This document shows, one piece after another, positions 1 through 11,799 of a DNA stretch of 64,000 nt. The translations under genes were made by a program, and so were the position numbers. The notes under the pieces are model-generated. The model ran no database searches and had not been told where the DNA came from. It saw nothing but the letters and a program-made list of their open reading frames with translations. Positions within the stretch are counted from its first letter, which is position 1; each line of letters begins with the position of its first letter. The stretch lies in assembly GCA_028023455.1 (NCBI GenBank), contig JAQFVV010000002.1, positions 33,356,001-33,420,000 of the forward strand. Direction: 5' to 3'. The DNA is from Epiperipatus broadwayi (Eukaryota > Animalia > Onychophora).

Positions 1-360
1 CAGATTTTTCCTTCTTCAAGTTTCATTTCTTCATTTAAAATATTTGGGAATGTTAAATGTAGAAATTGTAGTGATTAATTTGTTGTTGTTTTTTGTTGTT
101 GTTGTTGTTCTCTATTACTATATACTTATTTGTAGAATTCTTACTCACATTTTATTCCATCTCTCTTTTTAGTAATAGTTCAATATGTCTTCTTATTGGT
201 GAAATAACTTTTCTTTCAATATTAAGATGCTGTTTTATACCTTTGAAACTTATTCTTTTCTATAGCTTTCCTTTCTTATTCACAATTATATTTTTTTATA
301 TCGTAATTTTTTTTTTCATAGTATTTTGCAGAATTCCAGATAATTAATTCTTCTTAAGGT

Positions 361-622
361 ATATTTAAATATTTACTTAATGAATAATATTTCTATTGTG
401 TAATTTTCACTATACCATTCTTATGTAAGGTAAGGACTGGTTTCTATCCACTTTTAACACCTTGTGTAAACATTACCCCCTTATAGTGTAGTGTTAAATG
501 CAGATAGAAACCAGTCTATCTTGTATGAGAGTGGTATAGTGAAAGTTATTCTACAGAAATATTATTCATTAAATGGATAATCTTTAGTCTAATAAATGAC
601 TAATAAAAATATTTGAATATTT
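361..622. repeat. Fold-back insertion of dispersed repeat family D (arms ~375-460 and ~490-585); other copies at ~14875-15017 and ~15985-16112
   Basis: AAGGACTGGTTTCTATC (left arm) is the reverse complement of GATAGAAACCAGTC (right arm). ATATTT(A/G)AATATTT is directly repeated at 361-374 and 609-622, like a TSD. The same GATAGAAACCAG...ACTAATAAAAAT core recurs at 14.9 and 16.0 kb. Confidence 0.75.
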
Positions 623-869
623 TCTTATTCTTTTGTCTTATTTTAAAATTTATTGATGAATTACTGCGCTTTTTGTAATAACTATTTGTAACAGTTTTTC
701 ATAAAATATTAGTTATCTTCATAATCATATCTGAACCATTTTCAAAATCTGATAATATTTTTAAATGATTCGCAAATTTTAATTTAAATGTGATTCTGAA
801 ACTTAGAAATATCAATTGCTGATACTAGTTTTTTAAAAAAAAAAAATTTTTTTTTTTTACATATGTCAA

Positions 870-956
870 AGCATCAGTCAGGAAGTAAACCCGCGACAAC
901 TGTCTGCAAGACACTGCTTGCAAGGTAGCTGCGCTGACATCTCAACTACCAACGCT
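870..956 (-). mobile_element. tRNA-derived SINE, family C copy 1
   Basis: The reverse strand reads AGCGTTGG...GCGGGTTTACTTCCTGACTGATGCT, with A-box and B-box-like motifs, pairing ends and an A-rich tail. It is homologous to four other copies in the window. Confidence 0.8.
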
Positions 957-989
957 TGACGAAAAAAATGTTTTATCTCTAGTTATGCA

Positions 990-1500
990 TTAATATGTAT
1001 CTTAATCTCATTAATCATTTTATTCCCATTGTTGAGTCTATTAAGAACAGTACATTCTTGAAATATATATTTTCTGTTAGTCAAAATATATTTCACTTCT
1101 GCAATATCTTCATTTGCATTTCATTTCCATCTAGAATATTTCTTAAAGAAGAAATTCATAATTCTCAGGTTTTCCCCCCTTTTTGTCTTTGCAAATTTCA
1201 TAAATCTGTGTTCTCTTTCATTTCTGCCTCCATAACGAAATATAGAGATTCCATCTTTTAATTGTTTTCGGAATTCTAGCATTAAAGTTTCCCAAAACAA
1301 TTATATAATGCTGTTTGCACTCATCAAAGGTATTTATTTATCTGTATAAAATCTCTACTTTTTTATTTCAATGAGAACTAGTCGGGGCACAAAGATGAAT
1401 TATCTGCATTTGCTATCTTTCATTGAATTGAATAAGTAATCTTGCCACTCTGTTAGATATCAACGCTCTCTACCATGTTCATCCATTTTATAATTTATAG
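990..1500 (-). mobile_element. Decayed RTE-type LINE, apurinic endonuclease domain fragment
   Basis: Minus-strand translation with frameshifts and stops gives APTSSH..., HYIIVLGNFNARIP and NLRIMN.FFKK..RWKW, ending ECTVLNRLN. These match the YAPT, GDFNA and NTFF..KWTW motifs of RTE endonucleases. Confidence 0.7.
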
Positions 1501-1794
1501 TGAATCTTTTTTTTTATGCTTCAAATATTTGTGCTTTTGTAATTAAGAACATGTCGAGATCCATAAAGAGCAGATCTTATGATGCATCTCGATAGTAAAA
1601 GTTCAAATCTGGTGATAAGCAAAGTTTTAAAAAACATTTTTTATTTGAGACTTTATTTTTTAAAATGTTTCTATATAAACTATTCTTTGTTTTATATTTA
1701 ATTTTTTTCCCATATAGAAAGTGTTCTTTTTGTGTGTGTGTAATATTTTTAGTTTTTCTGCCTTTATTGCTTGAGAGATCATAAGAAATTCACA

Positions 1795-1872
1795 TGCCGG
1801 AAGTATCGGCATTGGAATTGATCATCGGACCTCGCATTCCGGAGTCGGACACTCTTCCACTGCGCTAAACCG
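1795..1872 (-). mobile_element. tRNA-related SINE head (different family from C)
   Basis: The reverse strand reads GCGGTTTAGCGCAGTGGAAGAGTGTCCGACTCCGGAATGCGAGGTCCGATGATCAATTCC. The A box (TAGCGCAGTGG) is good and the B box is degenerate. No complete cloverleaf is present. Confidence 0.45.
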
Positions 1873-3612
1873 CATAGGGCTTTATTGACATTTAAAATAA
1901 TTTAAAGTTTGTTTGCATAACTTGGTATGACATTACCCCCTCCCTCCCCCTATGCAAATCTTGTCTTTAAAACATTCATATAATGTATTTCCTACCTAAA
2001 CCCCTACTTACATATATATATTTTCATTCAAACTCCTTCCAATACATTTTAATATTATAAGTTAGTAACAACCCACTTCGACAAAATGGGAGATCTTATT
2101 AATACTTTACTATCAACAATGCCCATCTCGGTGCTAGATTCAAACCCCTACCATCCAAATACTTTATTTGTTTCTAAACCCCCCACTAGTCTGAAGACTA
2201 ACATATTCGTAGTAGGCTCATAATCCACGCTCAAACAATTCCCTTAACCACCCAGTCTAAGTTTAATCAATGATATTTATTCTAATAAGATATTGATAAA
2301 AGAATTGACCGACAGATCAAGTTTAAATTTAAAAATAATTTATTTCAATCAACATCAATTAAGTTTAAATATAATTTACTAACCAACATCAACCATTCTA
2401 AACATTTTATAAATCCAAATTTCACACCACATTTTAAATTTACATATGATGGGATATTTCATGAACAAAATAACATAATCTTAGACATTTAAATTAACTC
2501 TCATTCAAAAATAATAATAAAGCATTAATAATTTGAGACTCTCACACACATCAATAGTTCCTTTTATGTATGATAGAGTTCATATAATGTTAATCTTCAA
2601 TATTACGGATTAAGTGGGGACTCTACTGGTAAATAATAATAATAAAACAGATACCTAGGATTTTTTTTTCTTGTCGGTGGCTACTTCTGCTGCTTCTAAT
2701 GGATTGTATCTAACCGGTTAGATTTTGTTTATGGAAGAGAATTTATGGTAATCCGTTGGTTTCTTCTTGGAGACAGCTCCGTTTTGAGGAGGGTTTTGTG
2801 TTGTTATCCAGACATTATTTCTCAGGCAGGTTTTGATGATCTTTGGACTAAAAAGCTGGAGCACAGCGTATATTTCCAAAAGCTTTTCAGCACTGCATTT
2901 CTGTAAACTGACACAATAAAACTAGACTGAATTTCAAACTCCAACTGAAAATGAATGATAAAACGAAAAAAGTCTATTTATACCTGCCAAGTGTTTTTGT
3001 TTTAATATCCTCCGGCAATACGTGTTGTCGAAATTCCTTTAGATTAATTATATGACAACGTGTTTTTCAATTGAATATTTGATTAGTAGTAGCTATTTTA
3101 AAATGTGTTGTTTTCATATCTTTAATTAGCAGTCCACCACTGTGTTTCTAAATACATTTCATTTCAATATTTATTTATTTTTTTAATATTATTCTAACAT
3201 GCATACTTTTGTTTACATTCTCACGCACTAATATAATCTATTATAATAAACTGGAATGAAAAGAGATTTTTATATTTTTTTTTTTAAACTTTTAATTTAT
3301 AATAATTTTAACTTTTATGAAACTCTTAGTTTGTTTTTTTTTTTGTTCTTTTTTATAGGAAAACTCCCTCTCCCCTCTTTAAAGTAATTAATTGTCACTT
3401 TCAAATTCTTTTTTCCGAAAGGTTTTGATAATAATTTTTATACAAAATTATTTTATATACATGTGCCAATTTGGCATTGGCACAGTATATATATCCATTC
3501 TGTATGTTTATATAATCAAAAAATGATAATAATAAATAAAAATTTATATATCTTCCCCCTTTTCCCCCCCTTTATTGTGATCATTTTTTAAAAATCTAAA
3601 CATTTGAAAATA

Positions 3613-3828
3613 ATCGCAACTTATCCACTACTTCGAACACTTTTTGTACCTATATGCATATACAATCTTACATTTCAACTGTCCTGCAGTCTTCTTCAGA
3701 GCTATGATATAATGAATTGTAGCTCTGAAGAAGATTATAGGACAGTCGAAACATAAGATTATGTATGCATATAGGTACAATAAAAGGTTTTTGCTAAAAA
3801 GTGTTCAAAGTAGTGGATAAATTGTGTT
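3613..3828. repeat. Fold-back repeat (family E) with a decayed hammerhead core in each arm
   Basis: Arms ~3613-3704 and ~3720-3828 are reverse complements. The right arm reads AGCT-CTGAAGA-A-GATT-ATAGGAC-AGTC-GAAA-CATAAG. Confidence 0.75.
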
Positions 3829-4110
3829 TATATAAGATATTACAGCAAAATAAAGGAAGTGGTTAATTTGATAATATATCAGAAAATAATCTGAAATTTT
3901 ATAATTTTCACGCAATTCTTAAAAAGTTTTCACTTGCAATTTATTGCTAATAAAAAAATTTTTCTTTAGGAAAAAAAATAAAAAGACAAGATATGGCACT
4001 CACATCAAGTAGTCATATTAATTTGTGATTATTTACTTTAAATGTGTGTTGTTTTTTTAAATTTTAATCTTATTTTTTAAATTTGAGTATAATTAAATCG
4101 TCTGCTGCAG

Positions 4111-4185
4111 GTCAAAGGTCTTTCCAATACCTCCTCATAGAGGAACAGTGAACAAAAAATCAATACCAGACTTGACAAATGCTAG
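4111..4185 (+). CDS. Candidate 75-nt phase 2-2 cassette exon of YY1 ((R)SKVFPIPPHRGTVNKKSIPDLTNA(R))
   Basis: Acceptor ctgcag|G and donor AG|gtagaa. The length is a multiple of 3 and the sequence is open in the frame required by the 9050 exon. Splice sites are only moderate and no homology was recognised. Confidence 0.35.
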
Positions 4186-5334
4186 GTAGAAAAGATTTGT
4201 ATGTTTTTCCATTCTTGTTTTACTTTACTGTTTATTTTTTTTTATTTTATTAATATATGTCTATTTAAATAAAATATATCTACCAAAAATCACAATTCAC
4301 ATAGCAATATAGGCACAAAGTCTAATCATTGTGAAAATTGAAAGGTCCCTCTTGTAATTTGAGCATATAGTAAAAGTTTCAGATTACTTGAGCCAAATTA
4401 ATAGTATTTTGCATTTATGAAATCCTGTATAAACTTATTTGCAGTAATCAGTGTTTTTGAAATAGCTTTAAAGTGTAAATATGAACTAATTATAATAGTG
4501 GAAGGAAACAAACTTTGCTCATTGTATTTATACTGTATTAGACAAAAGTTTTAAAAAATGTTAAATCTTCAATGTACACATATGTAAAAGTTTTTTAAAC
4601 AATATAAACAATGTATATTCATCAGAAAACCAAGTTTATCCTAGTTATAAATAAAGAAAAATAGCATTAATATCTAGTGGGTTACATAATCTTAGAAAAA
4701 TATAGTTGATTATCGTGTAATAATTGCAAAATAATATAAATGTGTGTGTTGCCCATTTTTATTTTGTAAGAATCTTTTTATTTAATTTTTATGCATGACC
4801 TAAGTTTATAATTCATATATATATATAAATATACAACAGGTGATTATTTCAATAATTAGCAAATGATTTATTAATAATTATGTAAAATATATATAAATTT
4901 GTAGTAATTTATAAGAATCTTTTTGTTGCAAATTTTGAGAATTGCAATAACTAATCAAGGTTTTAATAAGGATAGGAGGCATATGTAAATCATTGAAATT
5001 AGATTTAAAAAGAGCTTTAGTGATGGTTGATAGTAAGCCCATATGAAACAGATGTAGAAAGTAAGGGGCAAAATATGAATTTGAAGGAATGGAAAAGATA
5101 AATTGGAATGGTAACATTAGGAGCAAAGTATGAAAAAAAGATTATTCATTAATTACGAATAGAATTGCACATATACTTTGAGGCAGAGTAATTTCTGTTG
5201 GAAGAGACTATATAGAATAAAAGAACACACAGAGGCATAAAGAATGATGATCATGTGATGTTTGATGGTAGAATAAAAGAAAATGAAGGTGGATACAAAA
5301 GAAACCATACTATTTTTTTCTTCCCATATATCAA

Positions 5335-5424
5335 AGCATTGGCTGGGAAGCGAACCCGCGACAACTGTCTGCAAGCAACTTCTTGCTTGCAGGCAACTCC
5401 GCTGACCTTTCGGCTACCAACGCT
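5335..5424 (-). mobile_element. tRNA-derived SINE, family C copy 2
   Basis: The reverse strand reads AGCGTTGGTAGCCGAAAGG...CTGCAAGCAA-GAAG-TTGCTTGCAG...GGGTTCGCTTCCCAGCCAATGCT, with A box, B box and pairing ends. Confidence 0.8.
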
Positions 5425-5568
5425 TGGAAGAAAAATAAGTTTGAATGTTACATATGTATATACATATATATTTTCAGAAAAATTAAAAATATAATATTTC
5501 TTATTCATTTTTTTAATACTAATTTTTAAATGTAACGCAATATAATAAATTGCTATTTGTTTATTTAG

Positions 5569-5613
5569 AAGTGCATGGGAAGAAGATTCTCGTCCAGTAT
5601 CGAGAACAACTTG
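5569..5613 (+). CDS. Candidate 45-nt phase 2-2 cassette micro-exon of YY1 ((R)SAWEEDSRPVSRTT(W))
   Basis: Acceptor ttgtttatttag|A and strong donor TG|gtaaga. The 45 nt are open in the frame required by the 9050 exon, and the segment is more GC/purine-rich than its flanks. Confidence 0.55.
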
Positions 5614-6459
5614 GTAAGAAGGTCCATATAGTTTTTTCTCTTTATAAATGCAATGCTTCATATTTATGTGTGTAAATTTATATGCAATAAATTTGATGAT
5701 AAATTAGAACTAAACTGAAGATATACTTCTCAGTAGCTCTAAATTCTTCAAAGTTTAAAATTCAGAGATTCCTGCTTTAAACATTCTAATTTATCATTAT
5801 ATTTGCTGAATATATATTGCTTGTGTACTTACATTTAAATGGAATATTATATATATTTTTATTTTATGTATTTTTTTTTTTTAAACCATTAGTTATAACC
5901 TGTTGATTGTCAATAAATATTCAGATACTCTTTCTGGATTTCACACTGAATTGAACATTTTATGTTTAAATGACTATTCAGCAAAATTCATAATAAAAGC
6001 TTGCATTCATCAAAATCAGTATTTAACGTTTATAAAATTTAATAATAAATAAAAGTAACTCAATTTTTCTAAGAGATTGAATATGCTAACAATAAAAAAC
6101 AAATGTGGATTATTTCATCATTTGCAAACTGAAAAATTCTATATCAAATCTATGAAATTGGTAGCACCTTATTCCGAATTTAAATTATTATTATTATTTT
6201 TGATTACGAATAAATAAATAACATGCTAATCTCTAGTAATTAAGAAAGCAACTTGATAAACGCGACTTTGGAATAGTTAAAATCCACAGGTAAAATGATC
6301 TATTTAAAGCATAATTTTGAAGTGTTCAAGTTTATCTATGAGAGAACCTGCTAATCTTTGCTGTTAAAGGAATCTACAAAGCTTTTCATTGGTATAATCA
6401 ATGATTTGCAACTAGAATGATGTATTTACTTCAATGTGCATAATTATGAGATATTCTAA

Positions 6460-6800
6460 TGTTTTATTTTTTTTTTTTTTTTTATTTATAATAAAAAAAA
6501 AAAAAAAAATAAAAATTTAAAAAATAATATTTAACAATATTAATAATTATTTTTTTTTTATTTATAAATATAAAAATAATTTATAAAAAAATAAATATTT
6601 TTTTTTTTATATATATTTTTTTTTTTTTTTTTGTTTTTTTTTTTTTTTTTTTATATTTTTTTTTTTTTAAAAATTTATTTTTTTTTTAAAAAACAAAAAT
6701 TTTTTTTTTTTTAAAATTTTTTGTTTTTTTTTTAAATATTTTGTTAATAAGAGGGATTTTGTTATTAAGGATTTTTTATTTAAAATTTTTATTTTTTTTT
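6460..6800. repeat. Low-complexity poly(A)/poly(T) tract
   Basis: About 340 nt of irregular homopolymer runs with almost no G or C. Confidence 0.9.
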
Positions 6801-9049
6801 TTATTTTAAATAATTATTCAGTTTTATGATGCATGGGTTATTTGTTTGTTTAATAGGCTCACTTTATATTAATTGCATTTATTTGTTATGAATTAATAAT
6901 CAAGGCAAATCTACAAAACAGCTTAGTTTCCTGAAAGAAATGTTGCAGGCAAGATATGTCACTGGGAATGAAAATATTACTAAACTATTACACCAAAGTT
7001 TGACACTTCAGTTGCATTGAACACAGCAGGGCAATTACAATATAGTTATAGATAGAATATAAAAAAAGTTTTGTTGACATTACTTTCATTTAAAATTTAT
7101 TTTATTTAACCTTTTTATATATACTTGCTAATTTAAAAATAAAACTTAATGCTCTTATAGCCATTGGCTTATTTTTATTTTATTTTTTAAACTTATTAAA
7201 AATAAAATTGAGGTAGGGATGAGATTAAAAATAAATTGGGGTGGGGGGTTAAGAAAAGATGCTTGCTAAATTTATATGAAACATACACACAAAAAAGTTT
7301 GCTTTTAACAGGTTTTTGTAATTCTTAGTTATAACATGTATACCATTCTATAGTTAATTTAGTTTTTTGTTGTTGTTTTAAAAAAAATATGTTAATCTTT
7401 CCTTAATTCAGTACATATTTTAAAAAAGAAGAGGGCTTCTGGTTTTTTTTATATTTATTTTAAATACAATACATTCTTTATTTGTATTAGTAATTATAAA
7501 TGTATGTTCTGTACTAAGCTTTAATGTATGTACGTACACACACATTTATATATATGTTCAAAGATATCTGTACTTATAAGTAATGCTATATTATTCAGCA
7601 ATTATCTTTATATAAACTTATGTAGTTCATTATCACAGGTCATTAAAAATGAGAATGCTTTTTCTGATCTAGAATATATTATTGAAGTCTTTACAAGTAA
7701 TAAGCTGATTTTAAAATCTGGGCTTTAAATGAAATCGTACTCTATTTTCCACCATTACCATGCGTGAGTGGAAGAAGAATTTTCTTCCAATTAAATTGCT
7801 TTTATATATATACATTTTAATGGGAAAGAAAATAGTTGTCAAGTGAAGATATTATATTTTCTATTGGACCACTTGTTATTGCACTATTTGTCTAATGGAA
7901 AGAAAATGGAGTTGGCTGAAATGTGAATATTTAGATATTTTGTTTGTTAAAATTAATGCAACCACAAAATAATGATGATGATCAAACTAAGTACCATCTA
8001 ATTTGCAAGCAATTCTTTCATGATAATGGTTACATTTTTATAACCATCATCCAGTGAAAATTTATTTTAATCAGGTAAAGGGTTGTCTAATAAAGACAGC
8101 CTTTTTTGTATATTAAAATAAAGCTCTTTTTGTCACTTATTCATTGAAGGAAGTAAAAAAATACAGTTTAATTAATTAATGTCAAAATTATTTCATTCAA
8201 CTTATATATTTAGATTTGAGCAGTTGTTCCTTCGAAACAGCCGAGCCTATGACAAATAAATAATTGCTTTAATTATGTGTTGTTATAATGTCCCGTGGAA
8301 AAATATATTGTTGGTAGAAAGTTTGTGAAATTAAAGTAATGGTCTGAAAAAGTGCGAACTAGAATCTTTGAGTAATATCAATCTAATTCTTTTCTTTGAC
8401 TATTGTCTTGACTTAATTTCCGTATTACTGATTTGGAATACTGTTTTAAGAAGCTTTCTTTAATCAAACTTTTTAAGTTGATTTCATTAAAATCATGTAA
8501 TGTTTTTTTAAATGCTGGTCAAGTTTTCTTTTAAAAATAGATGAGATTTTGAATTAAATTCTTTGGCAATAGATGCCTCAAATCTCTTGTGAATTTTAAG
8601 AATGTGACAGTATGGTAGACATAGTGGGGAAAAAAAAAAAAATTAGTATACTCTTTCAACTCAATTTGTAAAAATCAAGTTATTTTATAAAATAACATGA
8701 AAAATATGTAAATTAGATTGCAAAAGAAAAGCATATATATATAAAAGAGGCCAAAAATAAATTTCATCTTCCAGGATCCATTAAGTATTTTTTTATCTGA
8801 GGTAGATTAAATGAACACTTGTTAATTCTCTACCAGGATTGGTCTGGAAAATGCAAACTGTTTAAAATAAGATATAGATGCCTGCATATTTTTAAAAAAT
8901 ATATATATACAAACTTAATTTTATTCCAAAATTCATTATTTGTATATAAATTATTTTAAAAATTTGCTTCGCAATTTTTATTTCTGCATAGATTAGTAAA
9001 ACAAATTAAATAAATTTAAGCAATTAATCTATGTTGTACTTGTTTTTAG

Positions 9050-9107
9050 GATGAAACCAAGGAAACAGAGTGATGATGTAGCCAGAACTATTGCATGTCC
9101 TCATAAA
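9050..9107 (+). CDS. YY1: YY1 exon: (R)[19 protein letters not shown]
   Basis: Acceptor tttttag|G and donor AAA|gtaagt. The peptide matches the YY1 linker [21 protein letters not shown]. Confidence 0.95.
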
Positions 9108-9530
9108 GTAAGTTCCATTGATACTAGAGTATGTTCGATAAAAGTTACAGCCTCTATTTTTCAACTTTATAACACAAACAATGAGTAAAATTATTGGTCA
9201 CTAAATACAGAGCAGTGTAAATCTAGTGTTGTCTCTTATCAGAAGGCTAGTAAAATATAAACTGATCACAGAAATCTGACTTCCTTTGTCTTGTAGTGTA
9301 AATTGTGCCATGCTTCCACTGTGACTTATGCAAATGGAAGATAAATATTAATGTTAGACAAACCAATAGTTTTCTGAAATTAATATAACTTTTCTATTTG
9401 AATGCTTATTTTAGTTTTAAATGTATATGAGAATACAAAGGAAGTTAAGACTATAGCCTTAACAATAAGGAAAGTAGAATGTTAACATTTAGAAATAGAA
9501 AACAATCTTAGAATCTATCAAAGGTGAGCT

Positions 9531-10264
9531 TTAAACAGTGACAAATTCTCCATACATAGTGCCACCAAATGCAAGCCATAATAATCAATGGATGCAAGAA
9601 CTTTTGTACGTAAAATCCCTATTTAGTGCTTACTCATCCAATATCCCCAGACTAGTTTCTAGCTTGTGGCTTTCATCAATGAGGAGCCTTGAATCTGAGA
9701 GCACTGCACCTAGATCATAGGAGGATCTAATGCAACCCTCCAGCAGTCACCTTACATCTATTTAGTTAAATTATAAAGCTATGATCCCAAGATGAAAACA
9801 CAATAACATTTTCAATCCATACTCATTTGCTTGTATAGTCATATAGATCTGAATCCAATTCAGGGTCTATGTATTTTGGTGTCTTTCTTTGGTTTTTTAA
9901 TAACCATAAATCTGTATATATAAGCGAGTAATTTTGGATTGAAAACATTATTGTGTTTTCATTTTGGATTCATAGTTTTATTGTTAACTAAAACGATAAA
10001 AAGTAGCTGCTGGAGGGTTGCATTAGATCACAAGATCTAGGTGCAGTGCTCTTCGATCCAAGGTTCCTTACTGGTGAAAGCCACAAGCTAGAAACTAATC
10101 TGAGGATATTGGATGAGTAACTATCAGATAAGGATTTTGTGCAAAAACCTTCTTGCATTCTGTGATTACTATGGCTTGCATTGAATGGCACTACGTTACT
10201 GTTTTGAGAGTTTGACACTTTTAACAGCTTGTGTAAGCATAGAAAATGGTGATCGTATGATGTG
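9531..10264. mobile_element. Family A hammerhead-bearing repeat, fold-back insertion (arms ~9538-9815 and ~9935-10262)
   Basis: The arms are reverse complements. AAGGT(G/A)AGCT is directly repeated at 9521-9530 and 10265-10274. Mutated hammerhead cores lie at 9644-9685 (-) and 10065-10106 (+). Confidence 0.85.
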
Positions 10265-10682
10265 AAGGTAAGCTCACTTATTATATCAATAATAGAGTTC
10301 TATTTTTAACAACGAAAAAATAATCTCCAATAGTGATGAATAATAAATATATCGTCTTATTTATTTATTTTTTAGCCCACTTTTTACCTTTTTTTTTGCA
10401 ATTTTAAACTTATATTATTTCATATGCATATTTTTTTTTGTTTTCATCGGTAAATTAATTTGCATGTAGTGAATTAAACAGTTTTATTTCATCCTAATTA
10501 AATGTTAAAGTATAATATTTTTGATCATTAACTAGGATCTCTTTTATATAAATGTCAATTTTACATAACATATTTTTATTTATAATATTAGTGGTCATAA
10601 AGCTAAAAATATTAATGAACTATTAAAGCACTACAAATGATTGACTTGTTAGAACCATGATAAATGATATCATTTTTGGAAA

Positions 10683-11600
10683 CAGCGGTTTCCAATCATC
10701 TTGTCAGACTCTTATCAGTTCATCTTTAAAATAAGATTTTATCGTTTAAATTATTTTCTCTTGTCTATACTTTTGTTTAAACTCAATATATATGCAGGTA
10801 TTGTAGGTCCACCACATCCATGTGGCAAATTAGAAATTTGTAAATTTGAGTTCATAAATCATCTCTTTGGTCATCTATTTTCTCGTTTTAAACATTCGGT
10901 CAGTCGTTAGCCTAGTTGCAATGGCATTGAAATTATTTGCTCTTGCGACAAAATTGTGAATTATCAAATTAAAACTTTATTAAAATAATGCTAAAATGCA
11001 AAAATGAATGAAGATAGTAATTTTATCAAGCCTATGAGAGGTCACAAAATTTTTCCTTTATGAAAAAAAAAAACTTTTTTTTTTTTTTTTTTGATAAGAC
11101 GCATTTTTCAGAAATATTTCAACACCTTGTCTAATTAGAGCTTTATAATGCATTCTATTTTCTGCCATTCCGTTCCCAACAAAAAAAACAATCAAGCTTG
11201 CTCATCTTTAGTATGTCTTTGAGATAAACTTTATAACATAAACAGAGTCTATCTTTTCCATGAAAACCACACTCAAGCTCGTCTTAAAACATCCTTTTAG
11301 AAGTCTTGTATTATTCATACATTTCACAGATCAAATCTAAAAAGATATGATTTTGCCATAATGAATTCTATAGAATTCTTCTCATATCAGCCATTTGAAG
11401 ATCATTTTGATGAATCTTATGATTTTGTCATTATATTTTTAAAATTTTACGGAGAATTCTTAAATGAAACTTCCCTAATGGCTTTATATTATGTTTTAGA
11501 ATGCGCAACACTTACTATCTAAGTCCTTTTCTATTTAAAAAGCTATCAATATATTTAAATTGGCTTATGATCTTATTCTCAAGTTGTTAATCATCTAAGC
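10683..11600 (-). mobile_element. Possible decayed hAT (Charlie/Buster-like) DNA transposon end
   Basis: A Charlie-like terminal motif CAGCGGTTTCCAA starts at 10683. There is weak minus-strand similarity to hAT transposase (YLKDILKMSKL). The other end was not found. Confidence 0.3.
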
Positions 11601-11676
11601 TAAATATAGCTGAATACTTGTTTTCTCCTCATTGGCTGATAAGGAACTTGAGGTTGTTTTTTTTCTCATATGTCAT

Positions 11677-11758
11677 AGCATCAGCCGGGAAGCAAACCCG
11701 CTAACCCGGGACAACTGCTTATAAAGCAGCTGTCGCTGACCTCTCGCCCACCAATGCT
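11677..11758 (-). mobile_element. tRNA-derived SINE, family C copy 3
   Basis: Homologous to the other family C copies. The TSD AGGAACTTGAG occurs at 11642-11652 and 11763-11773. Confidence 0.85.
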
Positions 11759-11799
11759 TGACAGGAACTTGAGTTTTTTGAACATATATTGAAACAAAA

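Noticed and set aside
870-956. Family C copies as functional tRNA genes
   Set aside because: Anticodon arms differ between copies, stems have mismatches, and TSDs plus A-rich tails show retroposition.
1-4110. YY1 REPO/spacer exon (…GIDLSDPKQLAEFA)
   Set aside because: Not found. The GGAATTGATC match at ~1815 lies within a tRNA-like SINE head, so the exon must be upstream of the window.
6460-6800. Long A/T tract as a structural element
   Set aside because: It has no periodicity. Irregular homopolymers suggest low-quality long-read consensus or a decayed poly(A).
9538-9720. Recurrent ...SSNIPRLVS.LW.S..R.L.S.S.APRS ORFs (also 9988-10218, 49407-49625, 49952-50158) as a small-protein gene family
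   Set aside because: They are translations of the family A repeat on the strand opposite the ribozyme. Starts vary, and some copies are disrupted.
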